From assembly GCA_003560165.1 (NCBI GenBank), contig PWJC01000139.1, positions 376 to 64,375 of the forward strand: a stretch of DNA of 64,000 nt, written 5' to 3'. Both the position numbers and the translations under genes were made by a program. Shown piece by piece: positions 57,271-64,000 of the stretch. The notes under the pieces are model-generated. The model was not told the DNA's origin. It searched no databases and saw only the letters and a program-made list of their open reading frames with translations. The first letter of the stretch is position 1, and every line of letters starts with the position of its first letter. This DNA comes from Bacteroidales bacterium. Its GTDB lineage: Bacteria; Bacteroidota; Bacteroidia; Bacteroidales; UBA7960.

Positions 57271-58875
57271 TCAATGGTAGATAAAACTTGAGCCCCCGAT
57301 AAATTCTCTCAATATGGAGGTGGGGGGGATGTCTTTGGGGTCGATGGGGATGAGCAGCGACAGGATGCGGTTGATCCGGTTGACTTCTTCCCGGATGCGT
57401 TCGTTTGCCGCCTGGCCTGCCTGCAGGATTCCGGGGGCATAATGGGCGAAAACAGCCGGCTCGTAAACCAAAGCAGAGTTGAACACTGCATGGGCGCTTT
57501 CCTGGAAAGGGAAAATGCTCTGGTATTCGTTGTGCATGATATCGGGCCAGCGGTTGATGGTTTCATTGAAGTTGTATCCCCTGAACAGATGATCCCTGAC
57601 CAGCCGGCGGATCAGGCGGTGGTCGGAAGTGGAGAGGGGCAGGTGGTCGTGAATGTTCAGTGTGCTCAGTGCAGAAACGTACATCCGGTAGGATTCCACA
57701 TCCATCACCTCTTGCCACAAACCGGGATTGAGCCCGTGGATGCCTTCCACTATAATATAGGTTTCGGGCGTAATGGAGCTGAGGGTTTCGTCTGGGACGG
57801 CTCCCCGCCCATCGAAATGATAGCGGGGCAACCGTACTTTTTTGCCGGCCAGCAGGTTGTTGATGTTTTGTCTGAAGAGCTCCAGGTCGAGGGCCGTGAT
57901 CAGTTCAAAATTTTTCATCCCCGTAAGCGGGTCGTCGGGAATGGCGCTGTGGGGCAGGTAGTAATTGTCGAGCGACAGGATGAGCACCTCTTTTTTCAGG
58001 ACCCTGAACTCGATCGACAACCTGTGGGCAGCAGTCGTCTTGCCCGAGGAGGTAGGCCCTGCCAGAAAGACCACCCTGGGCTTGCCGGGGTGGGAGAGGA
58101 TGCTATCGGCGATCTGGGAAATGCGACGTGACTGAAAAGCCTCCGAAAGCTTAATGAATTCGGGCAACCTGCCGTTCCTGACAATATGGTTTAGCTCGGC
58201 AAAACTGGAAATCCCCAGATGCATCATGGTGTTCTCCACTTCTTCAAAACTCCTGAAGTATTTGCTTTTTTCAGGCTCGGCGGGCATCACCCTCTCGTAG
58301 AATGTTGGATCGGCGATCAGAAAAAAGCCCTTGCGGAACTGAAGCAACCGGAAATCGGTGAGCCGGTTGTAATCGAATTCCACATGGTTCAGCAAAAGTT
58401 CGCCAAATCCGTTGAGGTGGGCAAGACGCAGACCTTCGAGCTCCCTTTCCTGCTCCTTCGACCGGATCAGCTGGATGATATCGGTTCGCTGGCTGGCCTC
58501 GAAATACCTGAGTATTTTCTCCTGGGGCAATACTTCGTGACGAAAGCCTGCATTGGAATGGATCATGCGGCGGATGCGGATGCGGATGCGGTTCAGTTCT
58601 TCCTTGCTGATGTCATGTTTCCTGAAATATCCGTAAACCCCACCCGGGATGCTATAGGCAATATAGAAACCGGAGTTTTTAACCTCCATGCCCGCCGCTT
58701 TGTTAAAGAGAACCAGCAGGGGTTCCATCAGGTTGCGGAAAGACTGCCCGAAGATCTCAGGGCGCAGGGCCGTGCCCAATGGAGTGGAAGAAGCGGGTCG
58801 GTTGTCGGCCATAAACGGTTTTCTCGATGCTGGCAGCCGGATTGGTTTTTTTACCGGCCTACAAAGGTAATTCAT
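57271..58875 (-). CDS. Uridine kinase/phosphoribulokinase-family P-loop kinase with a ~270-aa N-terminal domain of unknown function
   Basis: The C-terminal half has P-loop VVFLAGPTSSGKTT, SLDNYY and IIVEGIHGLNP. The start is uncertain; ATG 58812 (MADNRP..) is an alternative. Confidence 0.78.
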   Translation of the reverse strand: MNYLCRPVKKPIRLPASRKPFMADNRPASSTPLGTALRPEIFGQSFRNLMEPLLVLFNKAAGMEVKNSGFYIAYSIPGGVYGYFRKHDISKEELNRIRIRIRRMIHSNAGFRHEVLPQEKILRYFEASQRTDIIQLIRSKEQERELEGLRLAHLNGFGELLLNHVEFDYNRLTDFRLLQFRKGFFLIADPTFYERVMPAEPEKSKYFRSFEEVENTMMHLGISSFAELNHIVRNGRLPEFIKLSEAFQSRRISQIADSILSHPGKPRVVFLAGPTSSGKTTAAHRLSIEFRVLKKEVLILSLDNYYLPHSAIPDDPLTGMKNFELITALDLELFRQNINNLLAGKKVRLPRYHFDGRGAVPDETLSSITPETYIIVEGIHGLNPGLWQEVMDVESYRMYVSALSTLNIHDHLPLSTSDHRLIRRLVRDHLFRGYNFNETINRWPDIMHNEYQSIFPFQESAHAVFNSALVYEPAVFAHYAPGILQAGQAANERIREEVNRINRILSLLIPIDPKDIPPTSILREFIGGSSFIYH

Positions 58876-59036
58876 TTTTTTTTGTGAAACGGGCTGTCCG
58901 TCTTAAACGGAAGAACGGCACTGATGAGCGACCCGGTTTGCCCGGGGCCGCCAAATCGGCAGGGCTTGGCAAAGAGCTCGCCAAAACACTGTTTATTTTA
59001 TAAGCTTTGCCCCGGTTCGAACTAAAAAAAATCATG

Positions 59037-59044
59037 TATATTTG
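59037..59044 (+). promoter_or_regulatory. Candidate -7 box TATATTTG for the DHOD-like gene
   Basis: Exact TAnnTTTG match, 46 nt upstream of the ATG at 59090. Confidence 0.35.
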
Positions 59045-59089
59045 TTCCCGTAAAAGGAAAAAACAAACGCGCATCAAAAAAATCTGCAC

Positions 59090-60076
59090 ATGATCGATCT
59101 ATCCACCACCTATATGGGCCTTCCTTTGCGCAGCCCTGTGATTGTTGGCAGCTCGGGCCTTACCCGGAACATCGGCAACCTTGAGGCATTCGAAAAAAAA
59201 GGAGTTGGTGCCGTGGTTCTTAAATCCTTGTTTGAAGAACAGATCAAATACGAGATCCGCAAGGTTTTTTCTTACGAAGACGCCCAAAATGCGTACACCG
59301 AGGCGGAGGATTATATCAGGAACTATGCCCGGGAACACACCCTTGACGATTACCTGAACCTGATACAGGAAGCCAAAAACAAACTGTCGATCCCGGTGAT
59401 CGCCTCCATCAATTGCACCACCTCCACCGAATGGCCTGCTTTTGCCCGCAACATTCAGAAAGCCGGAGCCGATGCCCTTGAGCTCAATGTGTTTGTGCTG
59501 CCCTCCGAACCCGGGAAAACCGCTGCTGATATGGAGCGCCTTTACTTCGAGGTGGTCGATAACGTCAAAAAAGAGATCGAAATACCGGTAGCCCTCAAGA
59601 TTTCCACTTATTTCTCTTCCCTGGCAGATATGGTGAAAAGGCTTTCGTGGACAGGTGTAAGCGGAATTGTTCTGTTCAATCGCTTCTTCAGCCCCGACTT
59701 CGATATCCGGAAGTTCCAGATCCGGGCAAGCAACCTCTACAGCGAACCCGGGGAGATCTCACTCCCTCTTCGCTGGATTGCCATCCTATCTGACAAGGTG
59801 GAGGTGGACCTCTGTGCCTCCACGGGAGTCCACGACGGCCACGGAGTGATCAAGCAACTGCTGGCAGGCGCCAAAGCCGTGCAGGTATGTTCCACCCTCT
59901 ACAAAAATGGTTTTGATCAACTCGACCTGATCCACGAAGAAATCCGTGAGTGGATGGAAAAACAGAGTTACCGCAAATTGTCTGATTTCATGGGAAAAAT
60001 GAGCCACAGCATGTCGGATGATCCTGCGGCCTTTATGCGTGTGCAGTTCATGAAGCATTTTGCAGGGATCGAATAA
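59090..60076 (+). CDS. Dihydroorotate dehydrogenase-like (class 1 DHOD/DHPD fold) protein
   Basis: 328-aa TIM-barrel flavoprotein pattern (GLPLRSPVIVGSSGLT, ALELNV, VLFNR, GVHDGHGVIKQLLAGA). Confidence 0.8.
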   Translation: MIDLSTTYMGLPLRSPVIVGSSGLTRNIGNLEAFEKKGVGAVVLKSLFEEQIKYEIRKVFSYEDAQNAYTEAEDYIRNYAREHTLDDYLNLIQEAKNKLSIPVIASINCTTSTEWPAFARNIQKAGADALELNVFVLPSEPGKTAADMERLYFEVVDNVKKEIEIPVALKISTYFSSLADMVKRLSWTGVSGIVLFNRFFSPDFDIRKFQIRASNLYSEPGEISLPLRWIAILSDKVEVDLCASTGVHDGHGVIKQLLAGAKAVQVCSTLYKNGFDQLDLIHEEIREWMEKQSYRKLSDFMGKMSHSMSDDPAAFMRVQFMKHFAGIE

Positions 60077-60268
60077 GGCCCTCTTCCTATTTCCCTTAGC
60101 GGTTTCCCGGTTTGCGGCAGCAGGTGTCCCGGTCGCTTTAGGCTTTTTTAACACGGAACAGTTTGCACACAATAAAATAGTTAGATACCTTTATGCCGTT
60201 ATTATAAATCCGGGGAAGGATGGAACGTCTAAAGGCATTCACCTTACCAGAACAATATCTGCAAACAC

Positions 60269-60742
60269 ATGAACAACAAGAAAATGGAACGAAAACAGAA
60301 TACAAAAACACGTCTTCACCCCCGCCTTGTTTTTCTGGGACTGATCGGCCTTGGACTGCTGGGGTATGCTGTATCGGCCAATCGGGGGAGTAGTCCTGAC
60401 AAAGGTGACTTCGTGGTCCATGAAAACGCCCATGTGATCAACCTGGATGCCGACGGATTTGATGATGCCATTTCCCGTGGGGTGGTTCTGGTCGATTTCT
60501 GGGCCACCTGGTGCCCTCCTTGCCGGATCCAGAACCCAATACTGGAAGAACTGGCCGAAGAGATCCACGACAGGGCCTCCATCACCAAGCTGGATGTGGA
60601 CGACCACGGGCAGATTGCTGCACGTTACGGCATACGCAGCATTCCCACCCTGATACTTTTCCGCAACGGTGAAGTTGTGGAACGCTTTGTCGGGGTGCAG
60701 CAGAAAGAAACGCTGAAAGCAGCAATCATCACTTATTTATAA
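60269..60742 (+). CDS. Thioredoxin with an N-terminal membrane anchor/signal
   Basis: Active site WATWCPPCR within a thioredoxin fold, preceded by the hydrophobic segment LVFLGLIGLGLLGYAV. Confidence 0.88.
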   Translation: MNNKKMERKQNTKTRLHPRLVFLGLIGLGLLGYAVSANRGSSPDKGDFVVHENAHVINLDADGFDDAISRGVVLVDFWATWCPPCRIQNPILEELAEEIHDRASITKLDVDDHGQIAARYGIRSIPTLILFRNGEVVERFVGVQQKETLKAAIITYL

Positions 60743-60780
60743 CAATTCCTGCATACAGGAATAACAACGATTGATTCATT

Positions 60781-61137
60781 ATGGAAAATCTGACCAAAGA
60801 AGCATTTAAGGAAAAAGTGTTCGATTTTGAGAACAACAAGGATTGGAAATTTGAAGGGGATAAGCCCTGCATCATTGATTTTTATGCCGACTGGTGTGCT
60901 CCGTGCCGTACACTGACCCCCATTATGGAAGAACTTTCGGAAGCATACAAAGGAAAGGTGGATGTTTACAAGGTGGACACCGAAAAACAACAGGAACTGG
61001 CTGCCATATTCGGTGTCCGGAGCATCCCTTCCATTTTGTTCGTGCCTGCCGACGGACAGCCCCAGATGGCTACCGGTGCCCTGCCCAGGGAAGCCCTGGT
61101 AAAGGCTATTGAAGAAGTACTATCTGTAAAACCCTGA
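60781..61137 (+). CDS. Thioredoxin family protein
   Basis: Active site YADWCAPCR, with FGVRSIPSILF and a 118-aa thioredoxin fold. Confidence 0.88.
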   Translation: MENLTKEAFKEKVFDFENNKDWKFEGDKPCIIDFYADWCAPCRTLTPIMEELSEAYKGKVDVYKVDTEKQQELAAIFGVRSIPSILFVPADGQPQMATGALPREALVKAIEEVLSVKP

Positions 61138-61144
61138 AGCGACC

Positions 61145-61411
61145 ATGGAAGATCAGCATCGTGAACACCAGGTATCCCCTCCGGCAGAAAAGCGCTCATG
61201 GTTTTCTGCCCGCCACCTCGACAGACGCAAATACCTGCTGGTAGTGGGGCTGTTTACCGCGGCCGGGGTGATCGGGGGATACGCCTACTATGCACTGGTG
61301 GGTTGCCGTACCGGGACATGTGCCATTACCTCGAATCCCTACCTCAGCATTGCCTGGGGCGGCATACTTGGCTACCTGTTGCCCGACTTCTTCGTGAAGG
61401 AAAGAAAATAA
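61145..61411 (+). CDS. Small membrane protein with a GCxTGxC motif (88 aa)
   Basis: Two predicted TM helices flank YALVGCRTGTCAITSNPY. It follows the two thioredoxin genes closely. Confidence 0.6.
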   Translation: MEDQHREHQVSPPAEKRSWFSARHLDRRKYLLVVGLFTAAGVIGGYAYYALVGCRTGTCAITSNPYLSIAWGGILGYLLPDFFVKERK

Positions 61412-61425
61412 ACCTCCGGTGATTA

Positions 61426-62505
61426 TTATTTCGGGGCTGTCCTCAGCAGGTAAACCCCCAGCAAGCCGAACAACAGGTTGGGGATCCATACCGACAGCAT
61501 CGGGTGCAAATTGCCCTTGGTGGCGAAGGTGGTTGTCACCTGCATGAAGAGAATGAATGAAAAGCTCAGGGCGATCCCCGCCCCCAGGTGCAGCCCTATG
61601 CCGCCCCTGACCTTCCGGCTCGATAAGGCCACACCAATGAATGTAAGTACCAGGGTCGCAAAAGGAAAAGCAATGCGGCGGTGTTTCTCTACTTCATAAA
61701 AGCTGACTGCTTCGGAGCCTTTCAGCTTTTCGTTGGCGATAAAGGCATTCAACTCCCTGAAATTCATGGTTTCCATGTCTTTCAGGTTCTGGATGAAATC
61801 GTAGGGGGTGAAGGGCAGCAAGGTATCCAGCCTGTATCCGAAACGCAGGTTTTCATCCAGCCCGTCTATTTCACGGATATTGTAATTCTCGATGATCCAC
61901 AGCGACTCATTTTCATCATACCTGGCCAGGTCGGCCAGCAACTTATAGAATAGCTTCCCGTCGGCTATTTTTTCTATGCTGAAGCGATAGGCCGTTTGTG
62001 TCCTTTCGTTGAACGACTCCAGGTAAACGAAGATGCCGGGGCGTACCTGCATATGGATATTTCGGCCGCCAAAGGTTTCCGGGCTTTTCACGTAGGTGTA
62101 TTCGAATGCCAGCCTGTTTTCGTTTGCCCTGGGTATAAGTGAATTGGACAAATATATCGAGACAAGTGACAACAGGATGGCCGACAGCAGATAGGGCAAC
62201 AGCATCCGCCTGAAACTAATCCCTGAACTCAGTATGGCAATGATCTCTGAGTTGAAGGCCAGCCTTGAGGTAAAGAAAATCACGGCAATGAAGGTGAACA
62301 GCGGGCTGAACAGGTTGATGAAATAGGGGACGAAATTCAGGTAGTAACTGAACAGTATGGCCCTCAGGGGCGCCTGGTTCTCGATAAAGTCGTCGATCTT
62401 TTCGGAAAGGTCGAAAATGATCACGATCAGGATGATGAGGGTGATGGCATAGACGAAAGTCCCCAAAAACTTACGGATAATGTAAATGTCCAGTTTTTTC
62501 AGCAT
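61426..62505 (-). CDS. LptF/LptG family LPS export permease
   Basis: 359 aa starting MLKKLDIYIIRKFLGTF, which is typical of YjgP/YjgQ proteins. It has 6 TM segments and a periplasmic beta-jellyroll insert. Confidence 0.88.
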   Translation of the reverse strand: MLKKLDIYIIRKFLGTFVYAITLIILIVIIFDLSEKIDDFIENQAPLRAILFSYYLNFVPYFINLFSPLFTFIAVIFFTSRLAFNSEIIAILSSGISFRRMLLPYLLSAILLSLVSIYLSNSLIPRANENRLAFEYTYVKSPETFGGRNIHMQVRPGIFVYLESFNERTQTAYRFSIEKIADGKLFYKLLADLARYDENESLWIIENYNIREIDGLDENLRFGYRLDTLLPFTPYDFIQNLKDMETMNFRELNAFIANEKLKGSEAVSFYEVEKHRRIAFPFATLVLTFIGVALSSRKVRGGIGLHLGAGIALSFSFILFMQVTTTFATKGNLHPMLSVWIPNLLFGLLGVYLLRTAPK

Positions 62506-62560
62506 GCCGGCTCCAGCCTGTTAATTTGCCTTCGGGTTGGTACTTAAGCCAATAACGGTG

Positions 62561-62568
62561 CAAAGATA
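62561..62568 (-). promoter_or_regulatory. Candidate -7 box TATCTTTG for the lptF/G-like gene
   Basis: The minus strand reads TATCTTTG, ~55 nt upstream of the ATG at 62505. Confidence 0.3.
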
Positions 62569-62576
62569 CTCTTATT

Positions 62577-63707
62577 TTACAACCGGTGTGCCAGGCGGGA
62601 GCTGATGTCGCGCTTCCAGGAAGCGTAGCTTCCGCGGCGGATCTGTTGCCTGGCTTCGTCCATAAGCCATGTGTAAAACCGCAGGTTGTGCAGGGTGGCG
62701 ATCATGGGCCCGAGCATTTCACCTGCAACGAAAAGATGCCTCAGGTAAGCCCGGCTGTAGAGGATGTCTGCAAATACATCCCCGTTGGCATCAATGGGGG
62801 AGAAGTCGTATTTCCATTTTTCGTTCCTGATATTGATGATGCCCTCGCCGGTAAACAGCATGCCATTGCGTGCGTTGCGGGTGGGCATCACGCAGTCGAA
62901 CATGTCGATGCCCAGGCCAATGCATTCGACAATGTTTTGGGGTGTGCCCACTCCCATCAGGTAACGGGGCTTGTCTTCGGGCAATATGTCGCATACCAGT
63001 TCGGTCATCTCATACATGTCGCTGACGGGCTCTCCCACCGACAACCCGCCGATGGCATGGCCTTCCCGTCCAAGTTCGCTCACAAAACGTGCCGAAGCCT
63101 TGCGCAGATCGCTGTATGTGCTGCCCTGAACGATGGGGAACAGTGTTTGCCCGTACCCGTAATGTGCGGGGGTGAAGTCGAACTGTTCGCAACAACGCAT
63201 CAGCCAGTGGTGGGTGAGCTCCATCGATTTGGCGGCGTAATCGCGATCGCAGGGATAGGGCGTGCATTCGTCAAAGGCCATGATGATGTCGGCTCCGATG
63301 GTTTTTTGAATATCGATGGCTTTCTCGGGCGAAAAAAAATGGCTCGACCCATCGATGTGTGAGCGGAACAGAACCCCATCGCGGTTCAGTTTCCGTCGTT
63401 GGGTCAGGGAATACACCTGGTAGCCCCCGCTGTCGGTGAGTATTGGCTTCCCCCACGACATGAAGCGGTGTAGCCCTCCGGCTTTGCGCAATACCTCCAG
63501 CCCCGGCCGAAGGTAAAGGTGGTAGGTGTTGCCCAGGATGATGTCGGACCGTATGGCTTCCTCCAGGTCTTTCTGGTGGACCGCCTTCACCGTGCCCGCG
63601 GTGCCTACTGGCATGAATACGGGGGTTTCGATGCTGCCATGGTCTGTGGTGATCAGCCCCGACCTGGCCTTGCTATCGGTATCGCGGGCGTCAATGCTGA
63701 ACTTCAT
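62577..63707 (-). CDS. tgt: tRNA-guanosine(34) transglycosylase
   Basis: 376 aa with motifs TPVFMPVGT, LTDSGGYQ, GLSVGE and the zinc-site region CxCxxC-like ..DCVMPTRNARNG. Confidence 0.96.
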   Translation of the reverse strand: MKFSIDARDTDSKARSGLITTDHGSIETPVFMPVGTAGTVKAVHQKDLEEAIRSDIILGNTYHLYLRPGLEVLRKAGGLHRFMSWGKPILTDSGGYQVYSLTQRRKLNRDGVLFRSHIDGSSHFFSPEKAIDIQKTIGADIIMAFDECTPYPCDRDYAAKSMELTHHWLMRCCEQFDFTPAHYGYGQTLFPIVQGSTYSDLRKASARFVSELGREGHAIGGLSVGEPVSDMYEMTELVCDILPEDKPRYLMGVGTPQNIVECIGLGIDMFDCVMPTRNARNGMLFTGEGIINIRNEKWKYDFSPIDANGDVFADILYSRAYLRHLFVAGEMLGPMIATLHNLRFYTWLMDEARQQIRRGSYASWKRDISSRLAHRL

Positions 63708-63862
63708 TGGGGTGGCTTTGTTTGGCGGGTGCGGAGAAACGGGCCGGACGCCTTTTCTGCTCCGGGGCGCGGGAACGGGACCTGATGCCCGGTTCGCAGT
63801 TCGGGGAACGCCGGTACCTGCTATAATTTGCCAAAGATAGGAAGTATTCAGACAGATTGTGG

Positions 63863-63870
63863 TATTTTTG
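63863..63870 (+). promoter_or_regulatory. Candidate -7 box TATTTTTG
   Basis: Exact TAnnTTTG match, 31 nt upstream of the ATG at 63901. Confidence 0.35.
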
Positions 63871-63900
63871 TCTGCCTCACTAGATACACATTGGCTTCGT

Positions 63901-64000
63901 ATGGATCGCTACAACGGCAACGAATGTTTTTATGATGGATGCATTGGCTGGGAATGGCTATTGTTGTCGGTGTTCGGGCTGGTGGTGATGGTACAGCTGT
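63901..64000 (+). CDS. Start of an uncharacterized ORF running off the window (3'-partial)
   Basis: ATG at 63901 with an open frame to the window end (MDRYNGNECFYDGCIGWEWLLLSVFGLVVMVQL, hydrophobic segment). It is preceded by a -7-like box. Only 33 codons are visible. Confidence 0.3.
   Translation, partial: MDRYNGNECFYDGCIGWEWLLLSVFGLVVMVQL

Noticed and set aside
58990-59030. tRNA-like T-arm sequence (CCCCGGTTCGAAC)
   Set aside because: The flanking sequence cannot form an acceptor stem, D arm or anticodon arm of a tRNA. It is an isolated chance match in an intergenic region.

Overview
Gene-dense chromosomal segment that looks like a moderately GC-rich Bacteroidota genome. Supporting signs are a T9SS C-terminal sorting domain, a Bacteroidetes-style V-ATPase operon with DUF2764, recurrent TAnnTTTG -7 promoter boxes 20-50 nt upstream of start codons, and no Shine-Dalgarno-like leaders. 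I call about 55 protein genes, almost all housekeeping or envelope functions. They include pgk; a methionine-salvage-type aminotransferase plus omega-amidase pair; parE and gyrB; rfbD; a crtW/lycopene-cyclase pair; and a 7-gene V-type ATPase operon. Also present are a NapH/NapG-like polyferredoxin with a TAT-exported DUF362 protein, gltX, lysS, a GH3-LysE pair, rlmD, oligopeptidase B and a DUF77 / NadR-like kinase / DMT transporter operon. The rest includes cysQ-like, glutathione peroxidase, a TPR protein plus outer-membrane barrel, an Smr protein, Wzx/Wzz/O-antigen-ligase genes, an SGNH lipase plus FadL pair, a DHOD-like protein, two thioredoxins, LptF/G and tgt. One ncRNA is clear: type-A RNase P RNA on the minus strand, wedged between two protein genes. 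I saw no tRNA or rRNA genes, CRISPR arrays, transposases, integrases or recognisable defence or toxin genes. I cannot point to a convincing new multi-gene system. The observations most worth a second look are: (1) an in-frame TAG splitting the DMT transporter of a compact putative vitamin-salvage operon; (2) a ~95-nt near-perfect hairpin built from GAAGGTA-type heptamer repeats, plus other short tandem word repeats in leaders; (3) the fused NapH/NapG-like polyferredoxin with a TAT-DUF362 partner; (4) a conserved 471-aa protein of unknown function; (5) RNase P RNA with no room for its own promoter or terminator. All functional calls rest on motif recognition by eye and should be confirmed by database searches.
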